Below, piece by piece: positions 1-9,204 of a stretch of 64,000 nt of DNA; the first letter of the stretch is position 1; each line of letters opens with the position of its first letter. The translations under genes and the position numbers were made by a program. The notes under the pieces are model-generated. The model made no database searches. It had not been told where the DNA came from and worked only from the letters and a program-made list of their open reading frames with translations. The stretch comes from a virus. Location of the stretch: UHGV virus genome UHGV-1368191, one strand, 5' to 3'.

Positions 1-1
1 A

Positions 2-1060
2 TTCACCAAAGGTGGAAAGTCACAATTTACTTCATATACCTTTATATATAAACCACTGATGTTCTGTTACTATACCAAGGCAGATGTAGGTCTTAAGATA
101 ATTTACTTTCCTCTTGAGGAAACTCCAGAGAGAATTATGCAAAGATTTATATCATGGTTATTGTGGGATTTCAGTAAGGGAGAAATAAGAATAAGCCCTA
201 AGGATTTAAGAAGTACTACTAAAGCTGTCTCACAAGAAATACTGGACATTATAGCCTCTGATGAAATACAGGATATAATACAGTATTTTGAGGAACACAT
301 TGTATTCCCTGATGAATCAGCTAATCCTACAGGAATAAAAAAATTCTGTGAGAAGTATGCTGAAGAACATGGAACTATCCACTATAAGAGGGGGAAATAC
401 AGGGATACTGATGGTATAGTGAAAGAGAGAGATGTCTTTGATTGGTATGAGCAAGATAACTTAAATGAGTATAGATTAGTAATAATAGATACCATAAATC
501 TTGTAGATACTGAGAGAGGAATGACTCTTAAACAGGCTATGGATAAACTTAGTGAGTATTGTGCTAAATATCTGAGAAATAGGTATCATTATTCACCTGT
601 AATAATTCAGCAACAAGCTTTTGAAGCAGAAGGAAATGACGCTTTTAAACTAGGAAGGATAAGACCTTCTGTAGCTGGGTTAGGTGATAGTAAGTATATC
701 AGTAGAGACGCTAATATTGTACTGGGACTATTCTCTCCATTTAGATTTGGTATAAAAGAGTATGAAGGCTACGATATTTCTAAGTTTAGGGATAATATAA
801 GATTCCTGGAAGTCTGTGTAAATAGAGATGGTGAAATGGGTGGATTATGTCCTCTTTTCTTTGATGGGGCAGTATGTCAATTCAGTGAACTTCCTAAGCC
901 TAATGATACACAGGAAATAAAGAAAATATATAAATATCTTGATAAACTCAGGAATAATAGTACAATTTCTCTCTTTATGCAAGGCACAAAAACAAAAATA
1001 GTTAAAAACTTGCACAATAGAGGATTATTTAGTAAGTTTGCAAACCTTTTCAATCACTAA
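2..1060 (+). CDS. DnaB-like replicative helicase, C-terminal RecA-like domain (5' truncated by window start)
   Basis: Reading frame is open from position 2 to the window edge. Motifs match DnaB: LKIIYFPLEETPERIMQRF (H1a-like, cf. V.YFSLEMS.EQL), RLVIIDTINLV (H3/Walker B-like, cf. LIMVDYLQLM), AGLGDSKYISRDANIVLGLF (arginine-finger region, cf. SDLRESGSIEQDADLIMF) and LEVCVNRDGEMGGL (cf. KQRNGPIG). Confidence 0.65.
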   Translation, partial: FTKGGKSQFTSYTFIYKPLMFCYYTKADVGLKIIYFPLEETPERIMQRFISWLLWDFSKGEIRISPKDLRSTTKAVSQEILDIIASDEIQDIIQYFEEHIVFPDESANPTGIKKFCEKYAEEHGTIHYKRGKYRDTDGIVKERDVFDWYEQDNLNEYRLVIIDTINLVDTERGMTLKQAMDKLSEYCAKYLRNRYHYSPVIIQQQAFEAEGNDAFKLGRIRPSVAGLGDSKYISRDANIVLGLFSPFRFGIKEYEGYDISKFRDNIRFLEVCVNRDGEMGGLCPLFFDGAVCQFSELPKPNDTQEIKKIYKYLDKLRNNSTISLFMQGTKTKIVKNLHNRGLFSKFANLFNH

Positions 1061-1331
1061 TATGGAAAAAGACAGAAGAAAACATATAATATGTCCCTGC
1101 TGTGGAGAGTTCTTTGATGAGACTGAAGCTAAGGTAGCTAAAACAGAACACAGAACAGATGATAGTTGGAAATATTGTCCACACTGTAATATAGCAATCC
1201 ACACTCCTCAAGCCCAAGCCATAGGGGACTACATGGATACTGTAGAGAGCTATATAAGACTTCTTAAGGAGAATAAGTATATAGAATGTGTAAAATATAT
1301 ATGTAATTTAACTGAAAACAAGAAAGAGTAA
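1038..1331 (+). CDS. small zinc-ribbon protein (CPCCG...CPHCN), hypothetical
   Basis: 97-aa ORF with two CxxC pairs. It overlaps the helicase stop and abuts the next gene with an ATGA overlap. Confidence 0.35.
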   Translation: MQTFSITNMEKDRRKHIICPCCGEFFDETEAKVAKTEHRTDDSWKYCPHCNIAIHTPQAQAIGDYMDTVESYIRLLKENKYIECVKYICNLTENKKE

Positions 1332-2032
1332 TGGCAAAAATTGTAGCTATTTTAGGCTCATCAGGTGATGGTAAAACTACTTCTACCATAATAAATCCTG
1401 ATGGGAGTTTTGACCTTGATAACTATCAGGGTATGGACCCAAAGTCTCATTTTATTCTTAATCTGGATAGGAAATCATTGCCCTTTCCAGCTGGAATGTG
1501 GGGACAGGAGTATAAAAACTATTTTGAGCCTAAGGACTTTGCGGAGATTAAAAACATGATAGAATGGTGTGCTAAGCAACCCAATATAAAATCAGTTGCC
1601 ATAGATACCATTAATATCTATCTTGCCATGAAGGAATTCAATGACAGGAAGAAAATGACCTATGACCAATGGAAGGATGTAGCCAATGATGTAATAGAGC
1701 TTAATATGCTCTGTAATACTGTATTGAGAAATGACCAAATAGTCTATATCATGGGTCATACTATGCTTCAAACCCAGGCTGATGGAAGTGAAAAACTTGT
1801 CTTTAGTGTAATTGGAAAGAAATTGACCAAAACACAGCCAGAGGGCTTCTATCCTATGGTATTAATGACTAGAGTTGAGTATGGAGATGATGGAGAAAAT
1901 CAGTATTATTTCCAGACCAAAGCTAATCATTCATCAGCTAAAACTCCTTTAGGTATGTTTAGCAAATTTGAGATTCCAAATAGTCTTAAACTTGTGGATA
2001 CCACTATAAGGAACTATTATAAAATGGATTAA
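1331..2032 (+). CDS. P-loop ATPase, RecA-fold (AAA_24/Sak4-like candidate)
   Basis: N-terminal Walker A motif ILGSSGDGKTTS. The 233-aa size and position next to helicase/primase are typical of phage AAA_24/Sak4-type ATPases. Confidence 0.45.
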   Translation: MAKIVAILGSSGDGKTTSTIINPDGSFDLDNYQGMDPKSHFILNLDRKSLPFPAGMWGQEYKNYFEPKDFAEIKNMIEWCAKQPNIKSVAIDTINIYLAMKEFNDRKKMTYDQWKDVANDVIELNMLCNTVLRNDQIVYIMGHTMLQTQADGSEKLVFSVIGKKLTKTQPEGFYPMVLMTRVEYGDDGENQYYFQTKANHSSAKTPLGMFSKFEIPNSLKLVDTTIRNYYKMD

Positions 2033-2078
2033 CAGATTAACAGATTAATGTATTGTTTCACTTAAATCAACAAAAAAA

Positions 2079-2420
2079 ATGGAATTAGGTAAATTTGAAA
2101 TTGCTATTTGCAAGAGAACAGCACAGAATGTAAAAAGGTTCAGAGTCAAGAAGAACAAGCTCATGGTAAAGATAGCTGAGCTTAACACTGAGGTAGAGAA
2201 ACTTGACCAAATCATTGAGACCTTTGAAAAACCAGTAATGGAACTTACTGGGGGTTTGACTTCTGAAGAAGTATTGAAGAATCTTGAGTCTCCTGAAGAA
2301 ACCACTGAAGACCAGGTACCTCTTGAAAATGAAATTGAAGATCAGGTACCCCTTGGAAGTGAAACTGTGAATGAGGAGGAAGAGAATAATATAGGGAAAA
2401 TGGAAAATCCCTTTGCGTAA
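2079..2420 (+). CDS. acidic coiled-coil hypothetical protein with internal 30-nt tandem repeat
   Basis: 113-aa Glu-rich ORF. Repeat EDQVPLENEIEDQVPLGSE. Confidence 0.3.
   Translation: MELGKFEIAICKRTAQNVKRFRVKKNKLMVKIAELNTEVEKLDQIIETFEKPVMELTGGLTSEEVLKNLESPEETTEDQVPLENEIEDQVPLGSETVNEEEENNIGKMENPFA
2307..2366 (+). repeat. 2 x 30-nt imperfect tandem repeat inside CDS
   Basis: gaagaccaggtacctcttgaaaatgaaatt / gaagatcaggtaccccttggaagtgaaact. Confidence 0.5.
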
Positions 2421-2443
2421 ATAAACTTTAAATTAACTAGATT

Positions 2444-3325
2444 ATGGCAATTAAAATAGGAAAGAAAGCTGAAGAGAGTTCTTTTACACTGTTTCAGGGT
2501 ATTGGAGCATTTCATATACTGAGTGTAAACCCAAATAAAAGCGCATTGAGCAAGCTCACTGGAAGAGAGATAGAAGAGGAGCCTAAATATAGTGGAACAA
2601 CTGAGGATGGTCATCCTTATGTAAGAATAGTGTTCTGGGGTAAATCTGATCCATCCTCAAAGGTAAATAATGGAATTGAGACCCTTATTTCCTTCAGTTT
2701 TATGCTCCAGGATACTCCTAGAGTAGGTAATAACTCTGGCAAGACCCAAGTTATTGACAAGTATGGAAGAACAGCTTGGGCTACTCCTGAAGAGCTTAAT
2801 AATAAAGAGATTCCTGTCTATAGCAATGGCAAGGCAGCTAATATATCCGCTGACTATAGGCCTGCTTATGTAGGAGAGGAAGAACTCATTAAGTTCATGA
2901 TAGCATGGCTTAATATCCCTAATCCTATGGATTATAATCGGGATACCAAGACTTGGAGTGACAAAGCTGATATGAGTGAGAGTGAAATCTCACTTAACAT
3001 GAAAGCTTTGTTAAAGGGAGATGTAAAGGAAATCTCCTCTATAACTCCAGCTGTAGCTCCTTATGCTGTTAAGGCATGCCTAGGGGTAAGAACCACTGAT
3101 GAAGGAAGACAATATCAGTCTTTCTACAATAGGATGTTCTTGAGGAATAGTGAGTCTAACTATGGCAGGATTGACGCTGACATCAAAGATGCACAATCTA
3201 GGGGAAGTTTCCCTAATGTGGAATTCAGCACAGCTCCTCTTCATGAATATTCCGTTGAGTCTACACAATTGGGGAGTAAACCTGAACCTGCTACAGATAA
3301 TCCATGGGATGCATGGGGTAAGTAA
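2444..3325 (+). CDS. hypothetical protein (possible ssDNA-binding partner of the upstream ATPase, unproven)
   Basis: 293-aa ORF co-directional in the replication module. No decisive motif recognised. Confidence 0.3.
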   Translation: MAIKIGKKAEESSFTLFQGIGAFHILSVNPNKSALSKLTGREIEEEPKYSGTTEDGHPYVRIVFWGKSDPSSKVNNGIETLISFSFMLQDTPRVGNNSGKTQVIDKYGRTAWATPEELNNKEIPVYSNGKAANISADYRPAYVGEEELIKFMIAWLNIPNPMDYNRDTKTWSDKADMSESEISLNMKALLKGDVKEISSITPAVAPYAVKACLGVRTTDEGRQYQSFYNRMFLRNSESNYGRIDADIKDAQSRGSFPNVEFSTAPLHEYSVESTQLGSKPEPATDNPWDAWGK

Positions 3326-4330
3326 TTGAATATTATTATGGCTATCAGCATTGGAAAACCCAGTATAATGGTGGATGATATATTATCAAAGGTAACAGAG
3401 ATTGATATACTATACCACTATTTTGGATGTATTAAGTTTGGCACACCCATAAATTCTCCATTAAGAGAAGACAGACATCCTTCTTTTGTTCTTTATATCA
3501 ATAAAGGAAGGGTTAGATTCAAGGATTTCTCAACTGGGGAAGGTGGGGGTCTATTTGATTTCCTAATGGCTTATTGGGGGGAGAGTTACAAATCCACTTT
3601 AGAGAGGATTTGGGAGGACTTACCCAATATTTCCAATGCTGAGGCCAACAATAGCATTACTAAAACCCATTATATCAGTAGAATAAATAAGTCCTCAAGA
3701 AGTACAATGGAATGCAGGATAAGAAGTTGGAAGGACTATGATTTAGAGTATTGGGAGAGCTATGGTATAACTCTTCCATGGCTTAAGTGGGCTGATGTAT
3801 ACCCTATATCACACAAGATTATCATAAAAGATGGCAAAAGGATGGTATTTAAGGCTGATAAATATGCTTATGCCTATATTGAAAGGAAAGAAGGCAATAT
3901 AACTCTTAAAATCTATCAACCTTTTAATAGGGATGGATTCAAGTGGTGCAATAAGCATGATAAATCAGTTGTAAGTCTTTGGACTAGAATACCAGAATAT
4001 GGTGACAGGGTGTGTATATGTTCTTCACTTAAGGATGCTCTCTGTCTTAGTTGTAATACAGGAATTCCAGCATTAGCTGTACAAGGTGAGGGCTATGGTA
4101 TGTCTGATACAGCCATAAATGAGTTAAAAAGAAGATTTAAGAGGCAATATGTTCTGTTTGACAATGATAAACCAGGAATAGAGGATGGAATAAAGCTTAG
4201 TCAAAGAACAGGATTTACCAATATTATATTACCCTCATTTGATGGAGGCAAGGATATATCAGACTACTTTAAGGTTTTAGGTAATAAAGAATTATTCAGG
4301 AATAAGATATTAACTTTATTTGAGGAATAA
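3326..4330 (+). CDS. DnaG-like DNA primase (TOPRIM) with degenerate zinc-binding N-terminus
   Basis: N-terminal REDRHPSFVLY...FSTGEGGGLFDFLM resembles the DnaG zinc-binding domain (CPFH.E.TPSF...CFGCG.GGD.I.F) but keeps only one Cys and one His. TOPRIM motifs: ALAVQGEGY (conserved Glu) and VLFDNDKPG (DxD). Confidence 0.55.
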   Translation: MNIIMAISIGKPSIMVDDILSKVTEIDILYHYFGCIKFGTPINSPLREDRHPSFVLYINKGRVRFKDFSTGEGGGLFDFLMAYWGESYKSTLERIWEDLPNISNAEANNSITKTHYISRINKSSRSTMECRIRSWKDYDLEYWESYGITLPWLKWADVYPISHKIIIKDGKRMVFKADKYAYAYIERKEGNITLKIYQPFNRDGFKWCNKHDKSVVSLWTRIPEYGDRVCICSSLKDALCLSCNTGIPALAVQGEGYGMSDTAINELKRRFKRQYVLFDNDKPGIEDGIKLSQRTGFTNIILPSFDGGKDISDYFKVLGNKELFRNKILTLFEE

Positions 4331-5024
4331 GATTGATTCAGGGAACATAATATTAACACTTAAATTTGGTTTAGTTATGGAATCAAGAACTATTAAAATC
4401 ATCAACAACAGAACACAGAGTCAAACAACTCTCTATACTTCAGCAGCCACTCTGGGAGAATTGAAAAATGAACTGGATAGTCGGGGTATAGACTATGATG
4501 GACTGGATTTCTATTGTGGGGAAATGAGAGCTGAATTGAAGGAGGATTCAGCACCTCTCCCTGAGAAGGTAATGTGGAAAGGAGAAGAGAAGAACTCCCT
4601 GACCTTCTTGCTTACCCCAACAAAGAAAATATCATCAGGTTCTAGGCGGGATATCTATGCCACTATCAAGAAATACAATCTGCAAGAAGTGGTAAAGGCC
4701 AAAACTGGAGCCAATTATACTCAAGTTTCAAATGATACCCTTGAGAAGATAATAAAAGACCATGTAAAAGATTCCTCTAAGGGTAATGAGGACTCCTCTA
4801 AGGGTAATGAAGGTTCCACCACTTGTCACACCAAAACTATAGAGGAGAGAGTCAAGAACCTGGAAGAGGCTTTTCTTAAATTGGTTGTAGCTCTCTATGA
4901 TATGGATTTTCTTGACAGGGATATTTACTGTGAACTGGTTGAATGTATTGAGGACAGTGACCCTGAGGATGACTTCTTAAGTCAGAGTGAGATAGATGAG
5001 ATGTTTGGTAGCTGGGCTAAATAG
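4320..5024 (+). CDS. hypothetical protein with DSSKGNE tandem repeat and acidic C-terminus
   Basis: 234-aa ORF. The real start is possibly the ATG at 4377 (MESRTIKII). Followed by an intrinsic terminator. Confidence 0.3.
   Translation: MRNKIDSGNIILTLKFGLVMESRTIKIINNRTQSQTTLYTSAATLGELKNELDSRGIDYDGLDFYCGEMRAELKEDSAPLPEKVMWKGEEKNSLTFLLTPTKKISSGSRRDIYATIKKYNLQEVVKAKTGANYTQVSNDTLEKIIKDHVKDSSKGNEDSSKGNEGSTTCHTKTIEERVKNLEEAFLKLVVALYDMDFLDRDIYCELVECIEDSDPEDDFLSQSEIDEMFGSWAK
4770..4811 (+). repeat. 2 x 21-nt tandem repeat (DSSKGNE x2) inside CDS
   Basis: gattcctctaagggtaatgag / gactcctctaagggtaatgaa. Confidence 0.5.
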
Positions 5025-5033
5025 AATGAATGT

Positions 5034-5067
5034 ATAGGTAGGACTTACGTCCTACCTATTTTTTTTT
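5034..5067 (+). terminator. rho-independent terminator
   Basis: Hairpin taggtaggac-ttac-gtcctaccta followed by T9. Confidence 0.6.
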
Positions 5068-5075
5068 AATATTAC

Positions 5076-6380
5076 ATGGATAAGGTAGAATTTGAAAAGA
5101 GTTGTGCTATTCCCTTCTTTAATGAAGTATTAGAGTATCCTAAAAAGATTTATCGGATATTTGAGGACTTCTATGGAGAGGAGAGAGTAGACCTTCAAGG
5201 ATTACCAAGCTATGGGAAAGTAGTTGACTTTCTTGATAATGCCTTTATAGGGATAGATACTCCCTCAAAAAGACAAACACTTATTGATAGAGCCCCAGAA
5301 GAGAATAAGGAAATAGTGAAAACTATAATCCTGGAAGCTATAAAAGAGAGTAGCCACATAGAATTTCGGAATAATCCATTTGCCATAAAGTATATTTTTC
5401 CTTTGGTAAAAGACCGACTTATAGGGGAATTATCAGGGAATTATGAGGTAAATATAATGGTGTGGTTTCCTGATGTAACTGTTACTAATGAGTATAATGA
5501 GTCTATTAATATAAAAGACTTATATGCCAAGGTTCCAATAAACCTCTTTGGGAGAAGTCTTGGAATGATAAAAATGAACAGGAGTACCTATACAGAAAGA
5601 CAACTTAGTAGTGGGTATGTTCATAGTCATGTTCCCAGAATGAATCCTAATACTCGAAGGAATCTGACTTATTTTGAGAGAATTTGCATGGGAACTGGTC
5701 CTATTAGAACCACTATAACTAACCTAGCTACGGAGTATGATGAAAATCTATGGGAACTACTATGCTTAGAGCTTGATAATTTCACTAAAGTAGAATCCAT
5801 ATTAGGAGGTCCCTATGTTAAGTTAGGGGAGATAGGAGTAGGAAGCCAAACGACAATAGAGGGAATGTTTTCCCATAATAAACCTTTTACTGGGGCTACT
5901 TCTTTCAGTGTAAAAGACCTTCATGAATTCATCAAATGGCTTATTTCAAGAAGAGTTTTAAAGTTTTCTCTCACTCCCACTGGAGTGGCACTTGCTCAAA
6001 GTAGATATGATTTAGCTATTAAGATAAGCAATGAATTCCTGAAGTATATCAATATTAAGATCAGTGCTAAAACAGTAGATTATACAATTGACGATTTAGT
6101 GAACTCCCTTGTATTAAGAAAACTCCTCATAAAGGATGGGAAATTCTATGCTGTAATTCCCATTTCTGATGACTATAGCACTTTAGAGGGAACTGACTTG
6201 TTCACCTTTAAGGGTAAGACTATAAAGCTCCACATAACTGAAGATACAGGGAATGGAGAGAATGTGGTTCTTTTACTGGGAGATGCTATTCTTCAAGATA
6301 TATGTAGAATTATTTTGGAAATAATAAATTATCATTATGGAAGGGAAAACAGAGTTGATAAAGGAATCTACTTTATTTGA
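5076..6380 (+). CDS. hypothetical protein, first gene of the coupled cluster with JAB and E1-like genes
   Basis: 434-aa ORF. Its 3' end overlaps the JAB gene by 44 nt. No decisive motif. A weak E2-like HxH...NPN...IC pattern is not convincing. Confidence 0.35.
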   Translation: MDKVEFEKSCAIPFFNEVLEYPKKIYRIFEDFYGEERVDLQGLPSYGKVVDFLDNAFIGIDTPSKRQTLIDRAPEENKEIVKTIILEAIKESSHIEFRNNPFAIKYIFPLVKDRLIGELSGNYEVNIMVWFPDVTVTNEYNESINIKDLYAKVPINLFGRSLGMIKMNRSTYTERQLSSGYVHSHVPRMNPNTRRNLTYFERICMGTGPIRTTITNLATEYDENLWELLCLELDNFTKVESILGGPYVKLGEIGVGSQTTIEGMFSHNKPFTGATSFSVKDLHEFIKWLISRRVLKFSLTPTGVALAQSRYDLAIKISNEFLKYINIKISAKTVDYTIDDLVNSLVLRKLLIKDGKFYAVIPISDDYSTLEGTDLFTFKGKTIKLHITEDTGNGENVVLLLGDAILQDICRIILEIINYHYGRENRVDKGIYFI

Positions 6381-7398
6381 TTTAGTGATTCCAGTGAGTG
6401 TTGAGAGAAAGATTAGGATTTTATGTAAAGAGATTCCTAATCTTGAGTGGTCTGGTATATTGTTTTATACAACTGAAGGGAGTTTTGATGATGGTTCCTT
6501 GAAGATTATATGCAAGGATATCTTACAAATGGATGAGGGAACTGGCACTTATACTGAGTTCCAAACTTCTCCTGATATAGCTACCTATTTGGTAAGTCAT
6601 CCTGAATTGTGTAATATGTATCAAGGATTAATCCATTCACATGCTGGATTCCAGACTTTCTTTAGTGGAACTGACTTAAATACCTTGAAAGTAGAGGGCA
6701 GTGACATGGCTCATTTTGTATCTTTAATAGTCAATAATGAAGGTACTTATACAGCTGCTATAACAAGGAAAATCTTAGTGACTGGCCACATGAAAGAAAC
6801 TATTCCTACATGGAATGGAAAGAAAGACACTAGGGAGTATGAAATCACTAATACGGAAATTCGATATCATTTCCTTAAAGTTACCAAGGAAATGCAAGAA
6901 ACTCCTGATGATGATGAACTTCTTAATAGAATAGAAGAGATCAGGAAAGCCAAGAAAGAGACTTTAGCCAATAGGGTTTTCAATATCCCTGATAATCTTT
7001 ATAAGATACCTGTGCCTGAATCTGTGTCTCCTAGAGTTATTGATAGTAAAATGGATACACTAGTGAATAGTGTATTAAGACAACTTATATCAGGAACTCC
7101 TATAATAAACACCAAGAGGATGGACTTAAAAGCCTGGAGTGAAAACATAGAGAAAATCTATAGTAGGAGATTCAAGGACATACAGAGTTTCTCTAATTGG
7201 GCAGATTCCTATATTGATTTCCTTTTTAACTCCTACCAGTGTAGTGACTATGGATATAGTGATAATGAGGACTTTCACTTTCACTCTGACTTAGCAGAGG
7301 AACTTATTGATTCATTAGACCACTTAGGGAATAATGATTATTTTGATGCTTTTATTGAAATATTGAGTACTTATATTATAGATTATGGACATAACTGA
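6337..7398 (+). CDS. JAB/MPN (JAMM) metalloprotease domain protein
   Basis: IHSHAGFQTFFSGTD fits the JAMM core HxHx7Sx2D exactly, with Glu residues upstream. Ends with a 200-aa C-terminal extension of unknown function. Confidence 0.5.
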   Translation: MEGKTELIKESTLFDLVIPVSVERKIRILCKEIPNLEWSGILFYTTEGSFDDGSLKIICKDILQMDEGTGTYTEFQTSPDIATYLVSHPELCNMYQGLIHSHAGFQTFFSGTDLNTLKVEGSDMAHFVSLIVNNEGTYTAAITRKILVTGHMKETIPTWNGKKDTREYEITNTEIRYHFLKVTKEMQETPDDDELLNRIEEIRKAKKETLANRVFNIPDNLYKIPVPESVSPRVIDSKMDTLVNSVLRQLISGTPIINTKRMDLKAWSENIEKIYSRRFKDIQSFSNWADSYIDFLFNSYQCSDYGYSDNEDFHFHSDLAEELIDSLDHLGNNDYFDAFIEILSTYIIDYGHN

Positions 7399-8410
7399 AT
7401 TAGAGGAATTGATAGACAGTGATATTACAGCTGAGAGTAATGAAGAACCTACGGGGATTTATGCTCCTATTCCTTACCCTAGTACTACTCAGAGTGATCT
7501 TTTAGTATCACAATTGTCTCAAGGATATCTTAAAATACACTCTATAGAACCATATGAGAGAGACTATAAGGTTATAGTCACTGATGACACAGGTAATTTC
7601 ACTGCATATATAGTAGCTTATTCCTTGCTCTTAAGGATAAAAGAAGCAACAGAGCAATATGCTGCCAGTCAAGGAGCTGGTGTAAGTCCTAATTCCGCTT
7701 CCCTTGAATTTGATGAAACTACAAGCAGGTTCAATGGAGCTATTTGGTATGATAAAATCACTAACCAGCACATAATCCTTGCTGGATTAGGAGGAATAGG
7801 CAGTTGGACAGCATTATTGCTAGGAAGAATGAAACCAGCTCTTCTTGCATTGTATGATCCTGATGTAGTTGAAAGGTCTAATATGTCAGGACAACTATAT
7901 GGAGTATCTGAAATAGGATATAGTAAAGCAGCCTCTATAAGAAAGATTGTTAACTGGCTATCTGACTACTTTCCTTCAGCTCTGGATATGAGATATACAG
8001 GAACTTCACCAGCAAGAGATGTAATGATTTGTGGATTTGACAATATGGAGTCTAGACAACTATTCTATAAAAAATGGAAAGCTCATGTAAGTGGCTCAGA
8101 AGACAAGAAAAAATGTCTTTTTATAGATGGGAGATTAGCCGCTGAAAGTCTACAAGTATTCGCTATTACAGGTGATGACACCAGATCCATGAAACTTTAT
8201 GAAGAGAAATGGTTGTTTGATGATTCTGAAGCTGAAGCTACTGTTTGTTCTTATAAACAGACCTCCTTCATGGCTAATATGATAGCTTCCATTATAACAA
8301 ATATTTTCGTAAACTTTGTGGCTAATCAGTGTGATCCACCTTTCCCTAGGGAGGTTCCCTTCTTTACTGAATATGATGCTGCTACTATGTTCTTAAAGAT
8401 TGAATCATGA
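7385..8410 (+). CDS. E1-like ThiF/MoeB-family adenylyltransferase
   Basis: Rossmann GxGxxG ILAGLGGIGSW followed by LYDPDVVERSNMSGQ (cf. E1/MoeB LVDFDVVELSNLQRQ). Preceded by an N-terminal extension of about 120 aa. Confidence 0.6.
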   Translation: MDITELEELIDSDITAESNEEPTGIYAPIPYPSTTQSDLLVSQLSQGYLKIHSIEPYERDYKVIVTDDTGNFTAYIVAYSLLLRIKEATEQYAASQGAGVSPNSASLEFDETTSRFNGAIWYDKITNQHIILAGLGGIGSWTALLLGRMKPALLALYDPDVVERSNMSGQLYGVSEIGYSKAASIRKIVNWLSDYFPSALDMRYTGTSPARDVMICGFDNMESRQLFYKKWKAHVSGSEDKKKCLFIDGRLAAESLQVFAITGDDTRSMKLYEEKWLFDDSEAEATVCSYKQTSFMANMIASIITNIFVNFVANQCDPPFPREVPFFTEYDAATMFLKIES

Positions 8411-9204
8411 GTGTTAGTAATCAATTTAAAGATACCCTCAAATCTATGTTTCGTACTCAATGGGTTAAAGATGAGATGTATATTAACCCTGGAAACCTCA
8501 TTAGTGGACTTAGTTATGGGGATGTATGGCAGTCTTTTATCAGTGTGGATTGCAGGGACTTTAGTAGTTTAAGAATACCTCTGTTTCTAGGTGGGTTCCG
8601 CAAACTTAACTCTGTTATAACCACTAATCTTAGATCAGACACATGGGATATGAAGTATTTGATGGTACCCCTGAATCTAGGCAAATATCGTGTTAATACC
8701 CTTAAGAATTTTAAGTCATCTCTTCGGGCTATAAAGGAGATGAATGAGGCTGAACCCAATTTTGGAAATCCTCTATGCCAAGTTAAAATAAATGATACCA
8801 TTTACTATGGAGGTAGGGGAGCTTACTTTGATTCTAAAGGAAATCCCCTACTTATGATAATACTAGAGTGTGGCATGCAAGAGGGATATCATGTTATAGA
8901 CAGCAATTATAAGTTACAGATTAAAAATTGTTTTGTGTATATACACCCTAGAGTCTATACATCAAAAGGAGTGCTGGAGAAGTACATAGTATCAAAGATA
9001 CTACCTTATGTAATTACCAATACTTTCTGTATAGGGACTTATAACTCATTCATGTCATCTTCCCATGACTTGTACTCCCCAGTAGTTATAATAACTGACT
9101 TTGACTATATGTTCCACAAGCCTATTATAAATGAGAGTACCTCTAATGAGGAACTCAATGACTTGTTAATAGCTAATGTAGACAGTGTTGATAGATTCAC
9201 ATGA
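8407..9204 (+). CDS. hypothetical protein, translationally coupled to the E1-like gene and to UDG
   Basis: 265-aa ORF with ATGA overlaps at both ends. Confidence 0.35.
   Translation: MSVSNQFKDTLKSMFRTQWVKDEMYINPGNLISGLSYGDVWQSFISVDCRDFSSLRIPLFLGGFRKLNSVITTNLRSDTWDMKYLMVPLNLGKYRVNTLKNFKSSLRAIKEMNEAEPNFGNPLCQVKINDTIYYGGRGAYFDSKGNPLLMIILECGMQEGYHVIDSNYKLQIKNCFVYIHPRVYTSKGVLEKYIVSKILPYVITNTFCIGTYNSFMSSSHDLYSPVVIITDFDYMFHKPIINESTSNEELNDLLIANVDSVDRFT

Noticed and set aside
4377-4560. Possible ubiquitin-like beta-grasp at the start of 4320..5024 (TIKIINNRTQSQTTLYTSAATLGELKNELDSRGIDYDGLDF)
   Set aside because: No C-terminal Gly-Gly. The segment is internal to a longer ORF and 1.3 kb away from the E1 gene. 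The resemblance is compositional only.
5076-6380. E2-like catalytic pattern (HSHVPRMNPNTRRNLTYFERICMG) in the 434-aa protein upstream of the JAB gene
   Set aside because: Spacing between the NPN and the Cys (14 residues) does not match the UBC HPN-x8-C arrangement, and no other UBC features were seen. Kept only as a structure-prediction target in the E1/JAB finding.
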